Shown here: positions 51,017-59,511 of the stretch, in pieces
How positions within the stretch are numbered: the first letter of the stretch is position 1
Layout: every line of letters begins with the position of its first letter
Assembly (NCBI GenBank): GCA_964489445.1
Contig: CAZAYU010000004.1
Coordinates: 189-64,188, forward strand
Length of the DNA: 64,000 bases
Direction of reading: 5' to 3'
Source: an uncultured Planctomycetia bacterium
GTDB taxonomy: Bacteria > Omnitrophota > Gorgyraeia > Duberdicusellales > 4484-171
Made by a program: the position numbers and the translations under genes
The notes under the pieces: generated by a model
Seen by the model: only the letters and a program-made list of their open reading frames with translations
Database searches by the model: none
Told to the model about the DNA's origin: nothing

Positions 51017-52156
51017 TTATCTGAATAATCTTGAAATAATAATCAATAAGAAAGGTATTAAGAAAAATACACCAGCTACATAGAAAATAGCATACCTTCT
51101 CTTACGAAAAGCTAACTCTCCCAATCCCTTAGCAAGAGCTATTGGAATTTTCCTAAAGATTTTTATTGGATAAATACATAGTACTCCGACTAAATTAAAT
51201 AAAAAATGGACAAAGGCAATAGTAATTGCTGCGATATTACCAGTTGCAAATGAAGCTAAAATAGCAGTAGTCGTTGTCCCAATATTTGCACCTAATGTTA
51301 TCGGAAATATACACTCAACCGTGATAATTCCCGCGCCAATCAACGGAATTAAAAGTGAAGTAGTTATTGAACTACTTTGAACTATAGTTGTAAAAAACAA
51401 TCCGGCAATAATCCCAATAATTCCGTTTTGCTCCAGAACTTTACTCAAAGCAATCTCTGTATTTTTAATGACTAATGATTTCATCAAACGCACGATAAAG
51501 TATAAAGATGAAAAAAGAATCACAGCAGACAAAACTAAAATTAGAACATAACCAAACTTCTCACTAATCGGGAGAATATCTATAAATAGTTTTTTTATTA
51601 CATTTATCAGTGGTTGAGTAACTGTTTTTAGTGGACTAGTAAATCTAATTCCACCAGTATTCGAAAATAAATGAGCCAAGCCAGCTGCTGCTTTCTGTAA
51701 AAACCCAGTAGCAAGCTCCAGCGGAAACATTATTAGCACACAAATAACATTAAAAAAGTCATGAACAGATGCTCCAGAAATTGCTCTTTTGAATTCTTCC
51801 TTACGAGTAATGTGCCCTAAGGAAACCAATAAATTAGTTACTGTTGTGCCAATATTTGCACCCATAATAATAGGAACAGCGTTAGTAATGGTAATAATAC
51901 CTGAAGCTACCATGCCTACTAATATTGATGTGACAGTAGAAGAACTTTGTACTAAGCTTGTGGCTAAAATTCCGATAAATAATCCGGTAAACGGGTTAGA
52001 TGTAGTTTCCAGAAGTGCTTCGGCAAATCCCTTACCAAAACCTTTAAAAGCCACTCCCATCAACCCAATGCTTACTAGAAATAAGTAAAGGAAAGTAATT
52101 ACGAATACTAGCTTGCCGTAAGTTTTAAGTTTATCTTTATTCATTATTAAATACAA
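51017..52156 (-). CDS. Na+/phosphate symporter (NptA/SLC34-like)
   Basis: Two QSSS repeats each followed by GANIGTT; start may be ATG 52144. Confidence 0.92.
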   Translation of the reverse strand: MYLIMNKDKLKTYGKLVFVITFLYLFLVSIGLMGVAFKGFGKGFAEALLETTSNPFTGLFIGILATSLVQSSSTVTSILVGMVASGIITITNAVPIIMGANIGTTVTNLLVSLGHITRKEEFKRAISGASVHDFFNVICVLIMFPLELATGFLQKAAAGLAHLFSNTGGIRFTSPLKTVTQPLINVIKKLFIDILPISEKFGYVLILVLSAVILFSSLYFIVRLMKSLVIKNTEIALSKVLEQNGIIGIIAGLFFTTIVQSSSITTSLLIPLIGAGIITVECIFPITLGANIGTTTTAILASFATGNIAAITIAFVHFLFNLVGVLCIYPIKIFRKIPIALAKGLGELAFRKRRYAIFYVAGVFFLIPFLLIIISRLFR

Positions 52157-52173
52157 TTTGTATAATTGTGCTA

Positions 52174-52231
52174 ATTATATTGCAGTTATGTGTACTCCAT
52201 ATGAAGAGAATGTGAAGATTATGTGAAGATT
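52174..52231 (-). promoter_or_regulatory. Pho-box-like 11-bp direct repeats plus -10 box
   Basis: Minus strand AATCTTCACAT AATCTTCACAT TCTCTTCATAT GGAGTACACAT, then TATAAT at 52174-52179. Confidence 0.7.
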
Positions 52232-52241
52232 AAAATATCTA

Positions 52242-53663
52242 TCAAGCTTTAGGGATGCTAACCACAACTTGTGTGCCTTTTCCGCTGCTTTTCGCTTGTA
52301 CATCGCCACGAAGAAGCACGATAATATGTTTTACTATCGCTAATCCCAGGCCAGTTCCTGCTTGGCCTTGCGATCTTGCTTTATCTACACGATAAAACCT
52401 TTCAAAAATTCGATCAATATGCTCATCAGAAATTCCAATACCATTATCTTTGATAACGCCCAGAAAGGAATCTTTTTTTTCTGACAAAACAATCTTGATC
52501 ACTCCTCCTGGTTCTGTATACTTAATAGCATTATCAATAATATTTACAAAAACCTGTTCTACCCTCATCCGATCAGAATTAATTCTAAAATCACTTCCAA
52601 CAAACTCTACCAGCAATTTATGTTTTTTAGCAGAAGTAGCATGTCCAAACCCTAAAATAATTTCATTTAACAATAATTCAAAATCAAACACCGCATAGTT
52701 AACCTTGCTTTCCTTTAGCTCTAGCTCAGAAAGCTTTAGCAAATCATCGACAATATTATTCAACCCTTCAGCGTGTTTTTTAATAATTGCAATAAATCTT
52801 CGAGCGTTTTGTTTATCTTCTAAGGCCCCATCTTCCAGAGTTTCCACAAATCCTTTAATAGACGTAAGCGGAGTTTTTAATTCATGTGATACATTCGCCA
52901 CAAAATCAGCTCTGACTTTATCAATAATTTTTAAATTATCAATTCGAAGCTGTAACTCGTCAGCCATTTTGTTTAATGCTTCCCCTAATTCACCAAGCTC
53001 ATCTTTACTGCGTATCCTTACTCGTTTATCAAAATTACCAGAGGCAATACTTTGCGCAACTTCCTTCATTTGTCCAATAGGATCGGCAATTTTCATTGAA
53101 ACAAAATAGCCAAGCAGCAAAGCAAACATTATGGTAACTATCCCCCCAGTTAAAACTACTCGATAGATAAATCTTATTTGCGAATCCACATCTACCAACG
53201 GCAAAGCCACCCTTATTAAACTTATAACTTTTTCATCTTTTTTAACTGGTATTGCCACATATTTCATGCTATATCCCAACACATCACTAAATCGATTGCT
53301 CTCTCCGGACCCTGAGTTAATAGCTCTGATTAATTCAAGCTGATCTTCATATTTTTCTTTTTTCTGAAAATTCCGCTCCGAATCACTAAATATTCGATAA
53401 TGCTTATCAATCACAGTTATTCTTAATCCAAGGATAGTGGATAATTCTTGGATTTTATCCTGAACAACACCTTGGTTATTAGATAATAAGTCATCTTTTA
53501 AAATTTCACCCACTAAAAATGCATTACTTTTCAACCGCTCAGATATTTTTAATTCATAATAATCACGTAATTTTAAACTAACAAAAAAATTTAAGACAAA
53601 AACAGCAATCACAATTAGCAAAATATAGGCCGTTAGTATTTTCCAAACAATTTTTACCTTCAT
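52242..53663 (-). CDS. phoR: PhoR-like sensor histidine kinase (TM-HAMP-HisKA-HATPase)
   Basis: DFVANVSHELKTPLT, NAIKYT, FERFYRVDKAR, GTGLGL; phosphate transporter adjacent. Confidence 0.75.
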   Translation of the reverse strand: MKVKIVWKILTAYILLIVIAVFVLNFFVSLKLRDYYELKISERLKSNAFLVGEILKDDLLSNNQGVVQDKIQELSTILGLRITVIDKHYRIFSDSERNFQKKEKYEDQLELIRAINSGSGESNRFSDVLGYSMKYVAIPVKKDEKVISLIRVALPLVDVDSQIRFIYRVVLTGGIVTIMFALLLGYFVSMKIADPIGQMKEVAQSIASGNFDKRVRIRSKDELGELGEALNKMADELQLRIDNLKIIDKVRADFVANVSHELKTPLTSIKGFVETLEDGALEDKQNARRFIAIIKKHAEGLNNIVDDLLKLSELELKESKVNYAVFDFELLLNEIILGFGHATSAKKHKLLVEFVGSDFRINSDRMRVEQVFVNIIDNAIKYTEPGGVIKIVLSEKKDSFLGVIKDNGIGISDEHIDRIFERFYRVDKARSQGQAGTGLGLAIVKHIIVLLRGDVQAKSSGKGTQVVVSIPKA

Positions 53664-54349
53664 TTGCGTACGTCTTTAAAGCGATATCCAATGCCTCTAA
53701 TTGTTTCAATTTGATTTCTTGATTTTCCCAATTTTTTCCGCAAGGATTTCATATGTGTGTCAATGGTCCGATCATATATATCAGCATTATAACCAAATAC
53801 TACATTTAATATTTTATCCCGAGACAAAACAACTCCTGGTTGTTTAATCATCATCTCCAGCAATTTAAACTCTGTAGGAGTAAGTGAGATATTTCTATTA
53901 AAAGCAGTAACTTTATGCTTAAGAATATCTAAACTAATGTTATTAACAATTATCCTCTTATTAGATGAAGCAATGCTGTATCTTCTTAATACAGCTTTAA
54001 TCCTAGCCATTAGCTCTCGGGGACTAAATGGTTTAGGCAGATAATCGTCAGCCCCAATCTCTAGGCCAATGACTTTATCAGCTTCTTGAGATTTTGCAGT
54101 AAGCATAATAATTGGAACAGTTGATGTATTTTCTTGGCTCTTTAAAATTCTGCAAATCTCTAAGCCGTCAATCTCCGGAAGCATTAAATCTAGAATAATT
54201 AAATCTGGTTGTTCTTTCTTTATTAAATCAACTGCTTTGCGACCATTAGTTACAAAAGAAGTTCTATAGCCTTCTTTCTTTAAATTATAGCTGACCATCT
54301 CCACTATATCTAAATCATCCTCAACAATTAAAATTCTTTTTAAACTCAT
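53660..54349 (-). CDS. phoB: PhoB/PhoP-like OmpR-family response regulator
   Basis: LDLMLP, GADDY..KPF, winged helix RTIDTH...IETIRGIGY. Confidence 0.75.
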   Translation of the reverse strand: MSLKRILIVEDDLDIVEMVSYNLKKEGYRTSFVTNGRKAVDLIKKEQPDLIILDLMLPEIDGLEICRILKSQENTSTVPIIMLTAKSQEADKVIGLEIGADDYLPKPFSPRELMARIKAVLRRYSIASSNKRIIVNNISLDILKHKVTAFNRNISLTPTEFKLLEMMIKQPGVVLSRDKILNVVFGYNADIYDRTIDTHMKSLRKKLGKSRNQIETIRGIGYRFKDVRK

Positions 54350-54365
54350 CTAATTGCCCTCATAA

Positions 54366-54722
54366 TTAATTACTATCAATTGCCTTTGTTAAGGCATCCT
54401 CTACTGCTTTTATTACATTTTCACTGCTTATTGTAGCGCCACTAACAGCATCAACGTTAGTCGACTGACAAGCAATAATTTCATTACTTACCCTGCTAAC
54501 TAAATTTTCATATTTATTGCTGTTGGTTGTATGACTTATTATTTTAATTCCTTCAACTTTTTCATCTTTTACAGTTACTAGAACAACTACCGAAGAAAAA
54601 CTCCCTTGGTAAGTTCCATCTATTAATTTAATATCTAAATTATTGTTACAATCAAAAGCAAATATCGAAAAAACAATAGAACACGCTCCTAATAAAAAAA
54701 TAATTAACTTGGTCATATACAT
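54366..54722 (-). CDS. Exported FMN-binding domain protein (covalent flavinylation motif)
   Basis: Signal/TM, DGTYQG, VDAVSGATISS. Confidence 0.85.
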   Translation of the reverse strand: MYMTKLIIFLLGACSIVFSIFAFDCNNNLDIKLIDGTYQGSFSSVVVLVTVKDEKVEGIKIISHTTNSNKYENLVSRVSNEIIACQSTNVDAVSGATISSENVIKAVEDALTKAIDSN

Positions 54723-54759
54723 TTTTTCTTATTTAGTCTATATCTTTTATTATACTATG

Positions 54760-55092
54760 CTATAAATCATCCTTTTTGATAAAAATATAGTACATTATTG
54801 TAAATATAAGTACGCATATCATAATCATTCTTACCGTCGGATAACCGAATAGCATTGCAGATGTTAGGCTATCTACTCTTGTAGAAAGCAACAAAGTAAC
54901 CCCTATAGCGAAACAAAAAGAAAAAGATTTTTTTGCACGCCAGAAAAATAAAGATAAAAAAAACAGTAAAGTAAGAAAAATCCAGAATAAAGGATTTGAA
55001 TAATAAAAATGCCAATCACCAAGCTCTTTAATATAAGAAGATGAATATTCTTTTGCTATTAAAAGCTCTTTGTAGAATGTACATAAATCCAT
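54760..55092 (-). CDS. Hypothetical small membrane protein
   Basis: 110-aa ORF with about three hydrophobic segments, same strand as neighbours. Confidence 0.55.
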   Translation of the reverse strand: MDLCTFYKELLIAKEYSSSYIKELGDWHFYYSNPLFWIFLTLLFFLSLFFWRAKKSFSFCFAIGVTLLLSTRVDSLTSAMLFGYPTVRMIMICVLIFTIMYYIFIKKDDL

Positions 55093-55289
55093 CGACTAAA
55101 TATTTACTGTACAGGTTATCATTGACATATCGAAGGTAATGCAAAACTCTGATAACTTTTGAATTTTTTTACTATTATAGCATTGCACGTTCAGCAGTAA
55201 GTTCTTTAGGTATTGAATAAAAAGATATAAAAAACTAAATTTTTCTACAATAAATATTTTTGAAAAAAAAATTAAACTAGATTTAAAGC

Positions 55290-55451
55290 TTACCAATAAT
55301 TTTCTTGAAATTTATCATCGGCTTTTTCTAAAGATTGCCAATCTTTCTTCATTCCTGCGCTTGCTCCTTCTCCAATGCCTTTGACAGTGTTACACCCGCT
55401 GATACAGATTAAAAAAGAAACACAAACAAATCCTAAAAATAATTTAAGCAT
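55290..55451 (-). CDS. Entericidin EcnA/B-like small lipoprotein (53 aa)
   Basis: Not in ORF track. SD AAGGAGG inside gltX end; MLKLFLGFVCVSFLICISG-CNTVKGIGEGASAGMKKDWQSLEKADDKFQENYW-stop. Confidence 0.8.
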   Translation of the reverse strand: MLKLFLGFVCVSFLICISGCNTVKGIGEGASAGMKKDWQSLEKADDKFQENYW

Positions 55452-56739
55452 CGCAGCCTCCTTTCCAATAGTTAATTAACTTTTCTAATCTTGATGTTAC
55501 CTTTTGTTTACCTAATACTTCCATAGTCTCAAACAACCCTGGGCCAACTTTTTCTCCAGTAAGAGCAACTCTCACCGGGTGCACTAAATCCCTTGCCTTC
55601 AAACCTAAGCTCGAAGCAACATCTCTAAATTCTTTTTCAATGCCCTGACTAGAAAAATCATCTATCAAAGATAGTTTTCCAATTAACACGTTTACTTCTT
55701 CGGTCAAATCTTTGCTTAGAACACTCAACGCATTATCACTATACTTATAATTATCATAAAAGCAAAAGTAAGCAGAGTCAAGCAAATCATTTAACTTTTT
55801 GATTCTCCCTTTGAATAACCCTATAACCTTTTCAAAATAATCCTTGCTGATATTTTCTGTTAAAAATCCCTTTTCTTTTAAAAAATCAGCCGCTAAGCTA
55901 CTTAAGGATTTCAAATCTTCATTCTTGATGTACTCGGAATTAATCCAATCCATTTTCTCTATAGAAAATGCCGCTCCTGTCTTATTAACACTTCTGATTT
56001 TAAAACATTTCGCAGCCTCATTTAAAGAAATTGTTTCCTGATTTTTACCCGGAGACCATCCTAAGAGTAAAAGATAGTTAGATAGAGCGCTAGATAAATA
56101 GCCTTGATTCTTATACTCTCTTATAGAAGTTGCTCCAAACCTTTTAGAAAGTCGACCTCCTTGTGGTGATAAAATGAGCGGTAAATGGGCAAACTCTGGT
56201 TCCGGAAAATCTAAAGCTCGATAAATCAAAATCTGCTTAGGAGTGTTCGATATATGATCTTCTCCTCTGACTACACAACTTATTTCCATTAAAGCATCAT
56301 CCACGCAACAACAAAAATTATAGGTGGGAGAGTTATTGCTTTTGATAATAACCTCTTCATTCTTAGGTAACTCCCTGAAAATAATCTCACCCCGAATTAA
56401 ATCATTAATTTTTATACTATCAAAATTATATTTAAAGAATACTGCTCCGTCTTTACGATAAGCCTTATTCTCCTTAATTAATTTTTCCGCATAATTTTGA
56501 TAGATATCAAATCTTTGAGACTGATAATAAATCTGCTTCCAGTCCATGCCTAGCCATTTTATGCTCTCTAGAATTTCATCCACATATTCTTTCTTTGACC
56601 TTTCTACGTCAGTATCTTCAATTCTTAAAATAAATTCACCGTTGATTTCTTTAGCGTAAAGCCAATTAAACAAACAAGTCCTTGCCCCGCCAATATGCAG
56701 ATACCCCGTAGGAGAAGGAGCGAATCTTACCCTTTTCAT
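55444..56739 (-). CDS. gltX: Glutamyl-tRNA synthetase (short form)
   Basis: RFAPSPTGYLHIGG, RIEDTD, RGEDH, RLSKR; ATG 56739 with AGAGGTG SD. Confidence 0.96.
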   Translation of the reverse strand: MKRVRFAPSPTGYLHIGGARTCLFNWLYAKEINGEFILRIEDTDVERSKKEYVDEILESIKWLGMDWKQIYYQSQRFDIYQNYAEKLIKENKAYRKDGAVFFKYNFDSIKINDLIRGEIIFRELPKNEEVIIKSNNSPTYNFCCCVDDALMEISCVVRGEDHISNTPKQILIYRALDFPEPEFAHLPLILSPQGGRLSKRFGATSIREYKNQGYLSSALSNYLLLLGWSPGKNQETISLNEAAKCFKIRSVNKTGAAFSIEKMDWINSEYIKNEDLKSLSSLAADFLKEKGFLTENISKDYFEKVIGLFKGRIKKLNDLLDSAYFCFYDNYKYSDNALSVLSKDLTEEVNVLIGKLSLIDDFSSQGIEKEFRDVASSLGLKARDLVHPVRVALTGEKVGPGLFETMEVLGKQKVTSRLEKLINYWKGGCDA

Positions 56740-56793
56740 ACACACCTCTTTTCTTTTTTTAAATGTCTACTATTTTCCATTTGTTTCTTTTTA

Positions 56794-57363
56794 TTACAAC
56801 TTCTTTTCTCCGCGTCTACGCTCTATCTTTCCCATTTTTTCGCCCTTACAGAATGCTTTTATATTTTGTTCTCTGACAATATCCTGACTAAATACATCCC
56901 TTAATACATTACTAACTGTTTCTCTTTTGAGAAAATTATTTTTAACAAAAATCAATGCTCCTAGGGCCACAATATTAGCAGCCTTTATATTGCCACAATC
57001 TAAAGCAATCTTGTTAAGCGGCAAGCTAAGATTTAGAATGTCTGAAGAAAGAATTACTTTGTCTACTAAATCAGAATTAAAAATTACCAAGCTATTTCTT
57101 TTAATCTTCCCTTGGAACTTATTAAAAGAAGGTTGATTCAAAATTATGCTCACATCCGGAAAATCAATGAATGGTGAATAGATATTTTCCGAAGATATCT
57201 TTACGAAGCAGTGAGCAGTCCCGCCGCGCATTTCTGCCCCATATGAAGGAAACCAAGTAGTATATTTTTCTTCTTCAATGGCAGATTGCGCTAATATTTT
57301 TCCTAATCTCATGACCCCTTGTCCTCCAAATCCGGAAATCAAAATTTTTGTTTCTGTCTTCAT
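56794..57363 (-). CDS. 2-oxoacid:ferredoxin oxidoreductase gamma subunit
   Basis: SGFGGQG, PSYGAEMRGG, NIVALG; start taken at MKTETK. Confidence 0.92.
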   Translation of the reverse strand: MKTETKILISGFGGQGVMRLGKILAQSAIEEEKYTTWFPSYGAEMRGGTAHCFVKISSENIYSPFIDFPDVSIILNQPSFNKFQGKIKRNSLVIFNSDLVDKVILSSDILNLSLPLNKIALDCGNIKAANIVALGALIFVKNNFLKRETVSNVLRDVFSQDIVREQNIKAFCKGEKMGKIERRRGEKKL

Positions 57364-57406
57364 TCTAATACTCATAATTTGAATAACTCTAACATTAAGT
57401 ATGCTC

Positions 57407-58156
57407 TTACAAATCAATACTATTATTCTTAATAATTCCTAAAGGAAATTCCTGCACCATAACCATTTCAATCCACTTAACCGATTCTACAGGGGTTTTC
57501 CGCCAAATAGTCGGACAAGGACTTAAAATTTCAACTAATGAAAATCCTTTATTTTTAATCTGATTAGTAAAGGCAATTTTAATATATTCAGAAACTTGCT
57601 TTACTTTTTGTGGACTGCTTACTGCCCCCCGGGCAACAAAACCGACACCTTTTAAATTTGATAAAAGTTCACTTACCTTTAGCGGCCATCCATCTCCAGC
57701 AGAAGGATCTCTTCCCCAAGGAGTAGTTGTTGTTTTTTGTCCTATAATCGTAGTCGGTGCCATTTGACCTCCAGTCATTCCATAGCAAGCATTATTAATA
57801 AAAAAACAAGTTAAATTCTCTCCCCGATTAGCAGCATGAAGCGTCTCAGCAATACCAATCGACGCTAAATCACCATCCCCTTGATAGGTAAATACTGTTA
57901 ATTTTGGCTGGCATCTCTTTATTCCAGTAGCTACAGCTAAAGCTCTCCCGTGCGCAGCTTCTGAAACATCAAAATTCCAATAGTCATAAGCAATCACCGC
58001 ACAACCTACAGGAGCTATTCCTACTGTTTGCTCTCTAATACCCAAATCATCAATGGCTTGCGCAACCAGTCTATGGATAATTCCATGGCCACACCCGGCA
58101 CAGTAGTGAGTCTCCACATCTTTAAGGCTTGCGGATACTGAACTATTTTTCTTCAT
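57407..58156 (-). CDS. 2-oxoacid:ferredoxin oxidoreductase beta subunit (TPP-binding)
   Basis: YCAGCGHG, HGR, QGDGD, YGMTGGQ, SPCP. Confidence 0.94.
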   Translation of the reverse strand: MKKNSSVSASLKDVETHYCAGCGHGIIHRLVAQAIDDLGIREQTVGIAPVGCAVIAYDYWNFDVSEAAHGRALAVATGIKRCQPKLTVFTYQGDGDLASIGIAETLHAANRGENLTCFFINNACYGMTGGQMAPTTIIGQKTTTTPWGRDPSAGDGWPLKVSELLSNLKGVGFVARGAVSSPQKVKQVSEYIKIAFTNQIKNKGFSLVEILSPCPTIWRKTPVESVKWIEMVMVQEFPLGIIKNNSIDL

Positions 58157-58160
58157 AAGC

Positions 58161-59225
58161 TTATTTTATTTTTTTAAAAAATCTTACAATTTCCGCCGCG
58201 GAGGGAATCCCTCCTCCGGCTTTTCCTAAAAAATGAATTGTCTCACCCGGTAAAGAAAGCCTTGCATCCTCAACCATTTGCCCCAACGATTGCTCAACCA
58301 CTAATATTTTTTTTGTTTTTTTAGCAACACTTTTTAATCCGCGCTCAGGATAAGGCCAAAGAGATATGGGCCTAAATAATCCAGCATTTATATTTTGCAT
58401 CCTTAATAAATCTACCGCTTCAAAAGCAATCCGTGCTTGCGACCCGTAAGCAATAATTAAATATTCTGCATCCTTTGCTTTGTAAGTCGAAAATCTTTGT
58501 TCATTTTTGTTTATCTTCAACCGTTTTAGCCTTAATTTTTCGTTAAATTGTTCAAGTACTCCTTCTTTTAAAAATAAAGACCTTATTATATTAGATGGCC
58601 TATTTTTTGCACCATTAAGTGCCCAACATTTAGAAATAATGTTTTTTTGAGATTTATTTTTGTAAGAAAAATCTACCGGCTCCATCATCTGCCCTACTAT
58701 TGCATCTGCTAAAACCAATACTGGATTTCGATAATAGTCAGCTAAATCAAATGCCTTATCTGTTACTTCTGCTGCCTCCTGAGCACTCCAGGGAGCCAAT
58801 ACAATTGTAAAATAATCTCCATGACCACCTCCTCTAGTCGCCTGAAAATAATCACTTTGAGCAGAAGTAATATTCCCTAGGCCAGGGCCAGCTCTCATTA
58901 CATTTACAATAACCGCAGGAAGCTGGCATCCTGCTAAATAAGAGATTCCTTCCTGCTTTAATGATATTCCCGGACTCGAAGAAGAAGTCATCGCTCGAAT
59001 TCCAGAAACAGCTGCGCCAAAAACCATATTAATTGCCGCTAATTCACTCTCTGCCTGAACAAACGGAAGATTTTTTTCTTTCATTCTTCTGGCCATATAA
59101 GCGATTAATTCATTTTGCGGAGTTATAGGGTATCCAGCATAAAAACCACATCCGGCTTTTACTGCCGCTTCTCCTATCGCCTCATTTCCACTCATCAAGA
59201 TTTTTTTATTTATCTCTTTCAACAT
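58161..59225 (-). CDS. 2-oxoacid:ferredoxin oxidoreductase alpha subunit (VorB-like)
   Basis: GNEA, GYPITPQ, QAESE, TSSSSPG, GPGLG. Confidence 0.94.
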   Translation of the reverse strand: MLKEINKKILMSGNEAIGEAAVKAGCGFYAGYPITPQNELIAYMARRMKEKNLPFVQAESELAAINMVFGAAVSGIRAMTSSSSPGISLKQEGISYLAGCQLPAVIVNVMRAGPGLGNITSAQSDYFQATRGGGHGDYFTIVLAPWSAQEAAEVTDKAFDLADYYRNPVLVLADAIVGQMMEPVDFSYKNKSQKNIISKCWALNGAKNRPSNIIRSLFLKEGVLEQFNEKLRLKRLKINKNEQRFSTYKAKDAEYLIIAYGSQARIAFEAVDLLRMQNINAGLFRPISLWPYPERGLKSVAKKTKKILVVEQSLGQMVEDARLSLPGETIHFLGKAGGGIPSAAEIVRFFKKIK

Positions 59226-59256
59226 AACATTTTTCGTTTAATCATTTACAATCTTC

Positions 59257-59511
59257 TTATCTCTTCCTGCTTATTGTTTTCTTCATTACTATACAGCTAT
59301 CCGGACAGATTAGAACGCAAAGCCCACACCCAATACATGCATTATTTTTTTCTGTTTTTGCAAACTTTATTCCCCTGATATTTAATCCCGAAGATAATTT
59401 TAAGTGCCCACTAGAACAATAGAAAATACAAAGTTCACATCCTTTACATCTATCTTTGTTAATTTTAACTGTTGCTCTCTGTTTAGTATTTTTTGTTTTT
59501 CTATCTATCAT
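59257..59511 (-). CDS. 2x[4Fe-4S] ferredoxin (delta subunit)
   Basis: CKGCELC..C and CIGCGLC..CP; ATGA overlap with dxs stop. Confidence 0.9.
   Translation of the reverse strand: MIDRKTKNTKQRATVKINKDRCKGCELCIFYCSSGHLKLSSGLNIRGIKFAKTEKNNACIGCGLCVLICPDSCIVMKKTISRKR

Noticed and set aside
52188-52231. Direct repeats as CRISPR
   Set aside because: 11-nt units with no spacers; no cas genes or CRISPR array seen anywhere in the window.
55096-55296. 66-aa minus-strand ORF (and similarly 37139-37321 on plus)
   Set aside because: AT-rich intergenic sequence, weak start, no SD or motif.
56682-56691. TTGCCCCGCC match to the tRNA-Gln 3' end as a possible att site
   Set aside because: Only 10 nt and lies in the gltX HIGGAR codons; no integrase present.
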